A DNA stretch of 64,000 nucleotides from Helicobacteraceae bacterium (GTDB taxonomy: Bacteria; Campylobacterota; Campylobacteria; Campylobacterales; Sulfurimonadaceae): positions 53,730 through 117,729 of the forward strand of contig JAMOSG010000022.1 of the NCBI GenBank assembly GCA_027063225.1, given 5' to 3'. Made by a program: the position numbers and the translations under genes. This document shows positions 50,463 through 61,176 of the stretch, one piece after another. The notes beneath the pieces are model-generated. The model saw only the letters and a program-made list of their open reading frames with translations. It searched no databases and was not told the origin of the DNA. Every line of letters begins with the position of its first letter. Position 1 is the first letter of the stretch.

Positions 50463-51606
50463 TTAAACACTCCTTGATTCTTTGTAGAGCATCTTTTGTT
50501 TTTTGCTCATTCTCTACTAGTGCAATACGTACATACCCTTTTGCAGGATTAACACCTCTGTAATCTTCTCTTGCTAAAAATTCACCTGGAAGCACTTTTA
50601 CGTTGTACTCTTTGTAAAGCTTTTGCGTAAATGCAAGAGCATCTCCAACCTCCAGCCAAACATAAAATGTTGCCTCTGGAATCTCTATACCTAAAATTTC
50701 ACGTGCTAGTTCAAAATTTCTTTTATAAATTTCACGTGAAGCCTCTACATGTTTTTCATCAAGCCAAGCTTTTGTTGCTGCACTTTGTAGTGGTAGTGGT
50801 GAAGCACATCCAACATAGGTTCTATAAAGCATATACTCTTTTAAAATATTTTTATCTCCTGCTATAAAACCAGAGCGAAGCCCAGGAGCTGAAGAGCGTT
50901 TAGAGATAGAGTTTATGACTAAAATATTTTTAAAATCATCATTGCCTACATATTTTGATGCTTCTAAAAGTGAAGGTGGTGGAGTATCTGTATAGATTTC
51001 ACTATAACACTCATCATTTAAAAGTACAAAGTTGTGTTTGAGTGCTAGTTTTACCCACTCACCTAACTCCTCGAGCGTTAAAACTGAAGCTGTTGGATTG
51101 TTTGGAAAGTTAATAATTACTAAGTCACACTCAGCTAGTTTTTGCTCATCAAAATTGGGTTTGAAATTATTTTCTTTTTCAAGATTTATATGCACCATCT
51201 TTGCACGTGAAGCGATAGCACTTCCTTCATAAATCTGATAAAAAGGGTTTGTAAAAGCAATTGTTGGGTTTTGTTTATCAAAAAGATAAAACTGAGGAAA
51301 GTTAAAAAGTACCTCACGTGTACCAAATGTTGGAATAATCTGCTCATCACTTAACTCTATGCCAAAACGTGAAGATACAAAAGCTCTTTGTGCTTCACGT
51401 AAAGAGAGTTCACCTACTGTTTTTGGATACTTTTTTAGTAAAGGAGCTGCACTTGAGAGCTCCTCTTGAATAAATAAAGGTGTTTCAAATTGAGGTTCAC
51501 CAATAGTAAGTGGTGCTAAAGAGTACTCACTATTTGGAGTTATCCCCTCTAAAAGTTTTGTTAATTTTTCAAATGGATATGGTTCAAAGTTCATAAAATA
51601 TCTCAA
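50455..51606 (-). CDS. dapC: succinyldiaminopimelate transaminase
   Basis: PYPFEKL, IGEP, NFPNNPT, DECYSE, SKRSSAPGLRSGF; start may be the second Met. Confidence 0.88.
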   Translation of the reverse strand: MRYFMNFEPYPFEKLTKLLEGITPNSEYSLAPLTIGEPQFETPLFIQEELSSAAPLLKKYPKTVGELSLREAQRAFVSSRFGIELSDEQIIPTFGTREVLFNFPQFYLFDKQNPTIAFTNPFYQIYEGSAIASRAKMVHINLEKENNFKPNFDEQKLAECDLVIINFPNNPTASVLTLEELGEWVKLALKHNFVLLNDECYSEIYTDTPPPSLLEASKYVGNDDFKNILVINSISKRSSAPGLRSGFIAGDKNILKEYMLYRTYVGCASPLPLQSAATKAWLDEKHVEASREIYKRNFELAREILGIEIPEATFYVWLEVGDALAFTQKLYKEYNVKVLPGEFLAREDYRGVNPAKGYVRIALVENEQKTKDALQRIKECLSE

Positions 51607-51641
51607 CTTTATTTTTTTTCTTATTTTATCGAACTTTAGTT

Positions 51642-52466
51642 TTAGATTTGCTTTTTAGCTAAAGACTCTTTTGCTTGTGTTATATCTTGCATAATTATCT
51701 CTTTTAATTCCTCAAGGGAGTTAAACTTTTTATTTTCACGTAAAAAATCTACAAAACTAATAGCAGCTTTGGCTTTACAATCAACATCTGTATCTAAAAT
51801 ATGTGTTTCAACTGCAAAAGTTCCATCTGTTGAAACTCTATGCCCAATAAACGAAACAGATGGATGAAAATGCTCCTCATCATCAACTTGTGTTAATGTT
51901 ACATACACTCCCTCTTTAGGAAGAAGATAATCTTTTATTTCTAGATTAATTGTCGCAACAAGCTCTTTAGAACCAAGCCCCTGCCCTTGAACTTTTTGCC
52001 CTTTTATTGTGTAGTTATGCCCTAAAAAATCATTTGCTCCAACAATATCACCAATTTGTAATTTTGCACGAATTTTATGGGAGTGGATACTATCGTTATG
52101 AAGCGTTACCTCATCAACAACTATCACCTCTCCATCAAAAAGCTCTTTTAAATCATTAAAGGAATATTTTCTATTTTTTCCAAAATGAAAATCGTATCCA
52201 ACGACAATTTTTTCCAAAGAGGGAAACCGCTTTTTAAGATACTCCAAAAACTCCTCCCCACTTAAATGGCGAATAGAGTCTAAATCTATATAAAAAATAG
52301 GATAATGGGTGAAATTTTCACGCTCTTTTTTTGGCGTTAAGTTTGCATACCCAGTTTCTATAACAACTATTGCACCCTCTTTACCAAGCTGAGAAAAAAG
52401 TGCTTGATGCCCTTTGTGCATACCATCAAAACCACCAATTGCAATAGACTTCACTCCACTAAACAT
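51642..52466 (-). CDS. ribF: bifunctional riboflavin kinase/FAD synthetase
   Basis: IGGFDGMHKGH, VGYDFHFG, EGVY, ETHI, LRENKKF; start reset to 52466. Confidence 0.93.
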   Translation of the reverse strand: MFSGVKSIAIGGFDGMHKGHQALFSQLGKEGAIVVIETGYANLTPKKERENFTHYPIFYIDLDSIRHLSGEEFLEYLKKRFPSLEKIVVGYDFHFGKNRKYSFNDLKELFDGEVIVVDEVTLHNDSIHSHKIRAKLQIGDIVGANDFLGHNYTIKGQKVQGQGLGSKELVATINLEIKDYLLPKEGVYVTLTQVDDEEHFHPSVSFIGHRVSTDGTFAVETHILDTDVDCKAKAAISFVDFLRENKKFNSLEELKEIIMQDITQAKESLAKKQI

Positions 52467-53184
52467 CTTTGTCTTCCTCTTTTTTAAAGTAGTAACAATA
52501 CTCCAAATTTCCATCTTTTCCTGTTATTTTTGAGGGAGATTTTTGCACTAAATCCCACCCCATTAAACTACATCTATCTTCAAATTTTACCATTGCATTA
52601 TAAATTGCATTATTATCTTTTACAACACCGTTTCTATCACGTTTTACTTCACGTCCAACTTCAAATTGAGGCTTAAAAAGTAAGATAATCTCATTTTTTG
52701 CTAAACGATTTACATCATCTAAAATATGATGCAGCGAGATAAAAGAAACATCACTTACAACAATATCAAAATTATCTTTTGCGCTAAATTTACGAATATC
52801 GCACTCCTCAAAAGAGTGCACTTTTGGGTTTTGTTTTAAACTTTTATGGAGTTGCTCTTTTCCAACATCAACTGCATAGACCTCTTTTACATTATGTTCA
52901 AGTAACACTTGTGTAAAACCACCTGTAGAGGAGCCAATATCTAAAGCTTCATACCCTTCTATGTTAAGTTTTAACTCCTCTAAAAAAAGGGCTAGTTTAT
53001 TGGCTGAGCGAGAAACATACTGTTTAAATTCTGCAACGCTTACTTCATCATTATCTGCAACTTTGTAAGAACTTTTTGTAACAATCACTCCATTAACACT
53101 AACTACTGCTTCTTTTAAAAGAGCTTGTGCTTTATTGCGACTCTCTACAAACCCTTTTTCTACCAAATAGCTATCTAATCTCAT
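52459..53184 (-). CDS. tlyA: TlyA-family rRNA 2'-O-methyltransferase
   Basis: S4 domain, YVSR, DIGSSTGGFT, DVSFISL, KPQFE, GKDGNLEY. Confidence 0.95.
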   Translation of the reverse strand: MRLDSYLVEKGFVESRNKAQALLKEAVVSVNGVIVTKSSYKVADNDEVSVAEFKQYVSRSANKLALFLEELKLNIEGYEALDIGSSTGGFTQVLLEHNVKEVYAVDVGKEQLHKSLKQNPKVHSFEECDIRKFSAKDNFDIVVSDVSFISLHHILDDVNRLAKNEIILLFKPQFEVGREVKRDRNGVVKDNNAIYNAMVKFEDRCSLMGWDLVQKSPSKITGKDGNLEYCYYFKKEEDKDV

Positions 53185-53192
53185 TACACACC

Positions 53193-56100
53193 TTAAAACA
53201 TTCCATTTACTCTATGCTCATCTCTTAGGTGATAGATATTAACACTATAAGATGGATCAAAAGCATAATTTAGGAATATTCCAAACTCCAATGTACTAAA
53301 CCCTTCCATCTTTTCATAAGCAGCAGCACCAACAAGATTTGTTTGGTTGTCTAACTTATACCCAAGTTCAAATCCAACTTTTCCAATAATACCATCTGCA
53401 TCATATCCACTAACTATTTCATTTGTTAAATTTTGCGTTACAGCATCATTAACTGGAAATTTCGCAACATCATCTACACTAAATTTTTGATACCCTAAAG
53501 AGAGTTTAACTCTCCAGTAAAATTCCTTATTGAAATTTTTTGCTAAATCAACTGCTGCACTTAAAAGATAAAACTTTTGAGGAGAAAAATACCCACCATG
53601 TCCATAAGTTAAAAGATCACTATTGTATTCAAAACTATCATACACCCCCATTAAAGAGTAATCCAAATAAGCATAGTTACTTGTTGGATGTCTATAAAGC
53701 AATGATGCTACGATTTTTTTCTCACTATTATCAAATACTGTATCTCCATAGATTTTATTATAGTATGCTCCACTAAGTGCAAGTGAAACTTTTTTACCAT
53801 TATAGCTTACACCCAATGTCCCTCCAGATTTTACAACTCTACCCCAAACAATTTCATTTGCACCATTTACATCAACATCGGAATTCCCAATAAAAGAGAG
53901 CATTGAATCTTCAAACTCCTCTTGAGAATATTGAATAAAAACATTTACTTTTTCATTCGCTGTATGGAGATTGATTTTTCCAAGAGGTAGTGGTGCTAGT
54001 GTCGCTCCAAACGGAGTAGTCCCAAGCTCTAGGGTTAAATAATCAAACTCTACACCAGCTTTTGCCATAAATACATCTTTAGCAAATGATTTTGTATCTG
54101 AATATGTGTAACCATATCCATACTCCATTGTCTGGAGATCCTGCGAACCTTGAAATTCATCATAAAGATGTATAACATCTGCATCTACATAATAATGACG
54201 CAATGCTGAATCATAAAAATCTAAATCTATTGGGAGATAATACTCTGTAAAACTGTGATATCCATCTTCTATACTCTTAGTTTTATAGTGAATTCCAACT
54301 GTTGCACTATCTCTTTTATTTGATCCATATCTATACGCAGTATTTATCTTTTTTTGTAATTCTCTATGCTTATCTTTATCAACAATACCAAGTGCAATAC
54401 GTTGTGCTTTATCTAGTCTATTTACAGTTAAGTACTCAGAAGCAATTTTATACTCTTCATCTTGAGTAACACTAAGAGCATATAATTTATCTAAAAGTTT
54501 ATCTGCATCTTCCATTTTATGAGCATTTAAAGCACTTAAATACTCTGCATAAAGATCATCCTTTGTTTCACCATATTTGTTATTGATTTTATCAAAAATC
54601 TTTTGTGCATCTTCATAGTGACCCGATTTAAAAGCACACCAACCATGCATCCTTTTAAAACCTATCTCATCTTTATCTTGAATAATCTTTTTACCATATC
54701 TATAACACTCTTCATTTTCTCCAGAACTATAATATTCAAAGAAGCGTGTATTTTGATACTCTCTTTTTGCTCTTTTTAAAATATGTTGCTGAATTGGTGA
54801 ATAAAAATGTTTTAAAGCATTATTTACTGTAAGTTCAAAATCGTTATAATATTTTGCAGCCTTTAAAAAATCTAAATAGTTTACAACTAATTCAAAATCG
54901 TTTGGATTACGCTTTAACTCTTTTTCATACTTTTTACGTATATCCTCATTCATCCCTTTATTTACTTCTAAACGTAAAAGAGCCTCTTTTTTAGAATCTA
55001 ACTTTTCGTACCATTTATTGGATTCATCATATTTTTTTAACTTTAAAGCAGATACAAAACCTATAAATGCTGCTTCTTGCGATGGTTTAAGTGCATATAC
55101 TTTTTCAACTAAAGCAAGTGCTTCTTTATAGTGTTTTAACTTATACTCTGCACTCATCTGCCCCTCTAAACAAGTTGGTTGATAACTAATTTCACATGCT
55201 TCTTTAAAGTTTACAAGTGCAAGTTCACGCTTTTTTTGATTAAAGTTTTTCCACCCATTATCGATAAGTTCTGCATAAACAATTTGCAAATAGAGTCTTG
55301 CCGCTTTTTTAGAGCTTGAAGCAATAGGTTTTAAAAGCTCTTTTGCTCTTGCATAATCTCCATCTTGAAGGTGTTTTACAACAAAATCAAATGTTATATC
55401 TCTATAAAGCATTGCAGCTTTTGGATAGGTAGCAACATAAGGTAACATTAAATCTATCGCTTTAAATGGCCTTTTTTGTGCTTTTAACGCCAAGGCATCT
55501 GCATATTTTTTCTTAAAAATATACTCTTTTGCTCTTTCATAACCATTATCTATTAAAAACTCTTCTGCTTCAAAATATTTCTTTTGAGCTATAAGCTTAT
55601 CTGCCTTTGTAAGAAGTGCAGAAGTAATCCCTTTTAACTTAGGATAAAGTTTTTGATATTTTTTACGTAAAGCTATCGCTTTTTCTTGTTGGTTTTTTCC
55701 TACATAAAAATAGTACTCTGCAACAATAGAATCGTAAAAAAGCTCAGACGCTTTTTTATTGGTTGTTCTATACGGTTCTAAAAGCTCTCTCACTTTTGCA
55801 TAATTTTTTCTTTGCATATACACTAAAGAAAGAGCATAGGCAGTATCGAAATTCTGTTTTTTCTTGTAATTGAGTTTAAAAATTTTGTACGCTTTTTTAT
55901 AATCTTTAGCATTAAAAGCATCATAACCATCTTTTAGCGTTGGATCTAAATCGGGGCGAATAAGCTCTTTGAGTTTTGGAAACTCTTTTATAAATCTATC
56001 TTGTAATGCAAAAGCTTTTTTATATTTTTTTTGATTCAAATAATCGTAATATTGCGTTACGATAATATCATAGTAAAGTTTTCTACTTTTTTTACTCTTA

Positions 56101-57296
56101 TTTTTGTATGGTCTTAAATAGTTATATGCTTGAGGATATTTTTTTAAACGCAAAGAGATTAAAGCCATTGCATATGCTGTATCTTCATTTTTATGTTTTT
56201 TATAGTTAAGTTTAAAAATTTTATACGCTTTTTTATAATCTTTAGCATTAAAAGCTTTGTATCCATCACCTAAATTTGGATCTAAATCGGGACGAATTAA
56301 TGTTTTTAGTTTTGGAAACTCTTTTATAAATCTATCTTGTAATGCAAAAGCTTTTTTATATTCTTTTTGATTAATATAATCGTAATATTGCGTTACGATA
56401 ATATCATAGTAAAGTTTTCTACTTTTTTTACTTTTATCTTTATACGGTCTTAAGTAGTTATAAGCATTTGGATAATCTTTTAAACGTAACGAGATAAGAG
56501 CCATTGCATATGCTGTATCTTCATTTTGATTTTTTTCATAGTTTAGTTTAAAAATACGATACGCTTTTTTATACTTTTTAGAATTGAAAGCTTTATAACC
56601 TTGACCCAAATCTGGATCTGGTTTTGTAGCTTTTAGATTTTTAAGCTCTGGAAACATCTTTTTATATTTATTTTTCAAATAAATCGCACGTGTGTAATCT
56701 TTGAGTGCTATAAGGTCATAATACTCTGCTAAAATAGAATCATAAAATAGTTTTTTTGCTTTTTTTACATTTAAAAAAGGCTTTAGATATTCCCTTGTTT
56801 TTGTATATTTTTTATCGTGTAAAGCACTTAGTGCTACGGCATAACTTGTTTCTAAATTCTGATTATATTTATAAAGTTCTAAAAATATTTTTTTTGCTTT
56901 TTCATATTTTTCTTCATTAAAATACTTATACCCATCACCCAAACTCATTTGAGGTTTTTTCTTTTGTAACTTCTTCTTTTTTACCTCTTTTGGAGTTAAA
57001 GAGACAACTTTATATTTTAATCCAAGACTATCTAAAAGTTTCATATCCTCTTTATACTCTTTTGTTGTTTTTGTATCATTACAACGTAAAGAGTATTCCT
57101 CCTCGCCCTCTTGAGTGATGTAACACTTCAAACCATACTTTGAATAACGCTCTTTTTTTTGAAGCATAATATCTTTGTATTCAGAAGAACCTCGCATCAT
57201 CTCAAAGGTTACAAAAAAAGGTTCTGCTGTACTATTTGCTAATAAACTAGTGTAAAATAGTAAGAAGATAAAGGGAATACGCATAATAATCTTCAT
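53193..57296 (-). CDS. bcsC: cellulose synthase outer-membrane exporter BcsC-like (TPR array plus beta-barrel)
   Basis: Signal peptide, TPR-like repeats; barrel motifs LGTTPFG, DSMLSF.G, WGRV, TYGHGGYFSPQ; start may be 57284. Confidence 0.85.
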   Translation of the reverse strand: MKIIMRIPFIFLLFYTSLLANSTAEPFFVTFEMMRGSSEYKDIMLQKKERYSKYGLKCYITQEGEEEYSLRCNDTKTTKEYKEDMKLLDSLGLKYKVVSLTPKEVKKKKLQKKKPQMSLGDGYKYFNEEKYEKAKKIFLELYKYNQNLETSYAVALSALHDKKYTKTREYLKPFLNVKKAKKLFYDSILAEYYDLIALKDYTRAIYLKNKYKKMFPELKNLKATKPDPDLGQGYKAFNSKKYKKAYRIFKLNYEKNQNEDTAYAMALISLRLKDYPNAYNYLRPYKDKSKKSRKLYYDIIVTQYYDYINQKEYKKAFALQDRFIKEFPKLKTLIRPDLDPNLGDGYKAFNAKDYKKAYKIFKLNYKKHKNEDTAYAMALISLRLKKYPQAYNYLRPYKNKSKKSRKLYYDIIVTQYYDYLNQKKYKKAFALQDRFIKEFPKLKELIRPDLDPTLKDGYDAFNAKDYKKAYKIFKLNYKKKQNFDTAYALSLVYMQRKNYAKVRELLEPYRTTNKKASELFYDSIVAEYYFYVGKNQQEKAIALRKKYQKLYPKLKGITSALLTKADKLIAQKKYFEAEEFLIDNGYERAKEYIFKKKYADALALKAQKRPFKAIDLMLPYVATYPKAAMLYRDITFDFVVKHLQDGDYARAKELLKPIASSSKKAARLYLQIVYAELIDNGWKNFNQKKRELALVNFKEACEISYQPTCLEGQMSAEYKLKHYKEALALVEKVYALKPSQEAAFIGFVSALKLKKYDESNKWYEKLDSKKEALLRLEVNKGMNEDIRKKYEKELKRNPNDFELVVNYLDFLKAAKYYNDFELTVNNALKHFYSPIQQHILKRAKREYQNTRFFEYYSSGENEECYRYGKKIIQDKDEIGFKRMHGWCAFKSGHYEDAQKIFDKINNKYGETKDDLYAEYLSALNAHKMEDADKLLDKLYALSVTQDEEYKIASEYLTVNRLDKAQRIALGIVDKDKHRELQKKINTAYRYGSNKRDSATVGIHYKTKSIEDGYHSFTEYYLPIDLDFYDSALRHYYVDADVIHLYDEFQGSQDLQTMEYGYGYTYSDTKSFAKDVFMAKAGVEFDYLTLELGTTPFGATLAPLPLGKINLHTANEKVNVFIQYSQEEFEDSMLSFIGNSDVDVNGANEIVWGRVVKSGGTLGVSYNGKKVSLALSGAYYNKIYGDTVFDNSEKKIVASLLYRHPTSNYAYLDYSLMGVYDSFEYNSDLLTYGHGGYFSPQKFYLLSAAVDLAKNFNKEFYWRVKLSLGYQKFSVDDVAKFPVNDAVTQNLTNEIVSGYDADGIIGKVGFELGYKLDNQTNLVGAAAYEKMEGFSTLEFGIFLNYAFDPSYSVNIYHLRDEHRVNGMF
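55611..56951 (-). repeat. four tandem ~112-aa (336-bp) intragenic repeats in bcsC
   Basis: TGGATC anchors at 55941, 56277 and 56613 (period 336); units 2 and 3 nearly identical in DNA. Confidence 0.9.
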
Positions 57297-58275
57297 TATA
57301 TTGTTTTATCCTATTTTCTAAAATTTTGTCAAAAAGTGAGTAATCATACCCGTAAAAACGAGCAATATATCTATACACTGCTACATTTCCAAAAGAGAAA
57401 TCATACATAGATATTAACCCATCTTTTAATTTAACAACCCCTAAAGGTTGTGTTCTCATCATCTGCACATAATATTTATATGGCAACAAAAGCTCTTTCT
57501 TTTGAGCTACACTTAAGTTACTTCTTAAAATGTAAAGTGGCACACGAATAGCATCAAACCCAAAATTTTGATACTCTTTTTCCAATACAAACCTATCTGC
57601 ATAAGGTTTATATGTTACCCAATCTGGATTTAATTGTAAAGCAGAAAAACGTGTTCTTTTTAAAAAAATTTTAGAACTCTTTATAAGTTTGTTCCAAACA
57701 GGATCATTATCATATTCTGCAAAATACTCAAAAATCTCAAAAATCAAATAAGATGGATTTAGTTTCCACTCATCATCATCCATAATCTCTTTTTCATAAG
57801 GGAAAAGATAAACCTCCCCCTTACGAGTATAAACAATTTGATGCTTTTTTATAGAATCTATAATCTCATCAGCTTTTTGCTTATACTCAGAAAACCCTGT
57901 CTTATCATACATAAGTAGAAGGGAGTAAGCTATCCATAAATTTGCATCTGTAGCACTTGTCATATCAAGCATACACCAACAATTTTTATGTTTATTTTTA
58001 CCCCATTTCCATCCTGGAAGTTCATAACCATTTAACTTAATATTTTGCTTACCCCATTGGTAAACCTTTCTAAAAGCTTCATCATCATTCATCTTATAGG
58101 CAAAATATAAAGCATATCCAATCCCCTCTGTATGTGTTACATTATTATTATGAGGATCAATAATCCTACCACTAGATTCAATAAAACGCTCTTTATAATC
58201 TTTCCAAACCTTCTGAATAGAAAGATCTGCATACGCTAAAAAGCTAAAAAAAACCAAAATAAACAGAAGTCTCAT
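57247..58275 (-). CDS. bcsZ: GH8 endoglucanase BcsZ
   Basis: Signal peptide, W..YK.RFI...GRIID, THTEG, SATDA, LNPSY, FDAIRVPLY. Confidence 0.9.
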   Translation of the reverse strand: MRLLFILVFFSFLAYADLSIQKVWKDYKERFIESSGRIIDPHNNNVTHTEGIGYALYFAYKMNDDEAFRKVYQWGKQNIKLNGYELPGWKWGKNKHKNCWCMLDMTSATDANLWIAYSLLLMYDKTGFSEYKQKADEIIDSIKKHQIVYTRKGEVYLFPYEKEIMDDDEWKLNPSYLIFEIFEYFAEYDNDPVWNKLIKSSKIFLKRTRFSALQLNPDWVTYKPYADRFVLEKEYQNFGFDAIRVPLYILRSNLSVAQKKELLLPYKYYVQMMRTQPLGVVKLKDGLISMYDFSFGNVAVYRYIARFYGYDYSLFDKILENRIKQYNEDYYAYSLYLLTILH

Positions 58276-58281
58276 TTTTTT

Positions 58282-61176
58282 TTACTCCTCTTCTACATGG
58301 GGATGTTTAGATTTTTTAAAATCTAATAATAAGTTTCTTAAAAACCACGTAAGACCTAAAACAATTATAACTAAAATAGATAGATAAAAAAGAGGATTTA
58401 AACTAATTTCTAAACTTATTCTATCTAAAATATTCATAGAGCTTAAAATATATTTATCTGCAATATCAAAAGAAACCCCCTGCTCATCAGCTGGATTATA
58501 AATTAAAGTATCACCTTCCAAGAAATGTCTATTTGAATAAGAGAGTAAAGATTTTAATGCCACATTTAAATTTTTTGGTGTTTGTGCTGCAAACATTAAA
58601 ACAGTTTTTTCATCATTAAAAGGAGATTGAAACATTTGTACTAATAGATTATTATCTAACTGATTTGTCTCTTTCATTTTAGTTACAAATTTATACTTTT
58701 CTAAACTCTCTTCATCACCCATCTCTTTACGCTCTACAAGCTTCTTAATAAATGGATACTCTTTTGTCATTGTATTTCCATGAAAAGAGATATTTGCTTG
58801 TTCACTAAAAAGTTGTAACCCTTTATCGTAAATCGTTCCAAAGAGTACAAGTTGTTTATCTTCTTGCACCTTATTGAGATCTTTTACAACATCAATATAA
58901 TAAGGAAAACTTTCAATTTCATGCGCTAGATAAAATACAAAATTCATCGCAGCTGCTATTGTATCTGGTTTTGTATCTGTTAAAACTAACTGAGTATCTT
59001 GCAAATCAGGATAAATAGAGTATGGATATGCTGCTGTATTTACATATTTCATATATGGCATCTCTATCCATCTTTGAGATTCTGGTAAGGAAAAATATGA
59101 ATTATCTGAAATCATCACTAAAAGGTTTTCAACATTATATACTGCACATCCACCTTTTTTCAAAGGAACTAAAGAGAATTCAAAATGAAGATTATTTTTC
59201 CCTTTATTAATTAAATATGCAGATATCGTTTTATCTTCACCAAAATCTAGCAGTCCCCCCATATTTAAAGCAAAACTATTCGTATCTGCTGCTTTTAAAA
59301 TATTTATTTGTTTCGCAAACTTATCATTTAAATATATATTTGCTACAGAATCTTTATTGAGTACTGTTGGAAATGAATAATTTAAATGAAGATTGATTCT
59401 TTTTTTAGAACCAAAAAAGTGGTCTGGATAAACTTTAAACTTAATATCTAAAGGTGGTGGATATATACCTTTAATTACCTTTGTTTTATAACCTAAATCT
59501 TTAAATGTTATCTCTGTATCAACTGGGATATAACGTGGTGAACTATATGCTTGTGCTGGTTTTGGAATTTCAACAGAATCAATATTTAAACCTTGTCTCT
59601 TATAAAAAGCAAGATCTCTTTTATTTAGACCATAAACAATAGTATCTATCTGTGCTTTTGTTTGTGGAGCAATTACTAAAATTGCTTTATCTTGATGAAC
59701 TGGATTTCTAATTACATTAATATCATGTGTGATTTTTTCTGATAAAAAGAGAGATTCATTATATGCATAGCTCTTATATTGTTTAGAACGTTTATAAAAT
59801 TCACGGATAAAAGATGGTTCTAATTTCTGTGTAAATATATAAAATTGATCTATAACCCCTCTGAATAAAAATTTATCATCAATCTCTCTACCACCTAGAA
59901 CTAAAGTATCACTAAATGATGGCATCATATTTATTCTACGACCATACACTTTTTTAAGATGTAATGCTTTTCCATCTACATACAGTTCATTATCTTTTAA
60001 ATTTGATGAGCTCATTTTTGCTACAATATGGTGCCAGCCTCTAGAAAGTTTTAATTTACTTCCATATAACGACCCATCTTTAGCACTAAAACCTATATTT
60101 CTTTTATCTACAACAAGAGAATAAGAGTTAAAGCTTAATAAAATTGAACGTTTTTTTCTATCTTTATTATTAAACCAAAAAGAGAATGTTAATTCTGGTT
60201 CAGATTCTAATCCAAGGTTACTAAGTTGTTGTTTACCTCCATTAAAAAATAAACTTTCATTAAAAAAAGATCCCTTTTTATCAATAGCAACTCCATGATT
60301 TAAAAAGATCCGTTTAGTCTCTTTCTTTGACCATAAAAATGCTTGTTTATGATCAAAATTTAAAGCATATAAAGGATCATGATCAAAGAAAAAATAGTTC
60401 GACAAGCTTTCTAATCTTTGTTTTGCCTCCTTATGTGTAGTTACAATTACATTATGTTTTGTAAAATCTATATCTTCTGAAACAGAAATTGGTGCAATAC
60501 GAAAAGGAAGAGCATTTGAAATTGCTCCACTTAAAAGTGCATAATGACGCAACTCTTTATTTGTAATATTTTTAGATACTACAAAGTTAATAGGTTCAAT
60601 CTCATATTGCTTTGTATCAATCATATGTGTTGTTAAAGAATATATCTCTTCTGGAATTGGTTTTTTTTGTATATGAAATTCTAAATAACTCTCTGCTAAA
60701 TTAATCTCTGTCCAAATATCTTGACTAATTTTATCTTCACATTTTTCTTTATTTTTCACTAAATGTTGATACATCTGAATTTTAAACCAGTTATATTGTT
60801 TAAAAAGATTTGTATTTACTTTAAATTTAACACCTGTTTTACTGTTTTCAAAAACTTTAAACTGTTTTAATACAACATCATTTAAAGAAATAACTCCAGA
60901 TGAAGTATCTTTATCTAGTGTTATGGAAGGTTCATAACTTATATAGCCATCTACAGATAATATTTCCCAGTTACCTGGTACAGGAAAGTTAATACCTTCA
61001 ACACTATTTGTACCACGAATTTTTTTCGTTATTACCCATGGTTTTTCATAATTAAGTGCAATTTTAATAATAGAAGTTCCATCCGGTAACTCTTTTACAT
61101 GTACTGCACTAGCAATATCTTTTTTTGCCCCAAAGACAATAGAAACCAATAATAAAAACAAAACAACAAAACGCAT
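58282..61176 (-). CDS. bcsB: cellulose synthase periplasmic subunit BcsB with inserted LamG-like domain
   Basis: Signal peptide, C-terminal TM anchor, C.D....IWTEI, AYPYS, QSPF; lies between bcsA and bcsZ. Confidence 0.85.
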   Translation of the reverse strand: MRFVVLFLLLVSIVFGAKKDIASAVHVKELPDGTSIIKIALNYEKPWVITKKIRGTNSVEGINFPVPGNWEILSVDGYISYEPSITLDKDTSSGVISLNDVVLKQFKVFENSKTGVKFKVNTNLFKQYNWFKIQMYQHLVKNKEKCEDKISQDIWTEINLAESYLEFHIQKKPIPEEIYSLTTHMIDTKQYEIEPINFVVSKNITNKELRHYALLSGAISNALPFRIAPISVSEDIDFTKHNVIVTTHKEAKQRLESLSNYFFFDHDPLYALNFDHKQAFLWSKKETKRIFLNHGVAIDKKGSFFNESLFFNGGKQQLSNLGLESEPELTFSFWFNNKDRKKRSILLSFNSYSLVVDKRNIGFSAKDGSLYGSKLKLSRGWHHIVAKMSSSNLKDNELYVDGKALHLKKVYGRRINMMPSFSDTLVLGGREIDDKFLFRGVIDQFYIFTQKLEPSFIREFYKRSKQYKSYAYNESLFLSEKITHDINVIRNPVHQDKAILVIAPQTKAQIDTIVYGLNKRDLAFYKRQGLNIDSVEIPKPAQAYSSPRYIPVDTEITFKDLGYKTKVIKGIYPPPLDIKFKVYPDHFFGSKKRINLHLNYSFPTVLNKDSVANIYLNDKFAKQINILKAADTNSFALNMGGLLDFGEDKTISAYLINKGKNNLHFEFSLVPLKKGGCAVYNVENLLVMISDNSYFSLPESQRWIEMPYMKYVNTAAYPYSIYPDLQDTQLVLTDTKPDTIAAAMNFVFYLAHEIESFPYYIDVVKDLNKVQEDKQLVLFGTIYDKGLQLFSEQANISFHGNTMTKEYPFIKKLVERKEMGDEESLEKYKFVTKMKETNQLDNNLLVQMFQSPFNDEKTVLMFAAQTPKNLNVALKSLLSYSNRHFLEGDTLIYNPADEQGVSFDIADKYILSSMNILDRISLEISLNPLFYLSILVIIVLGLTWFLRNLLLDFKKSKHPHVEEE

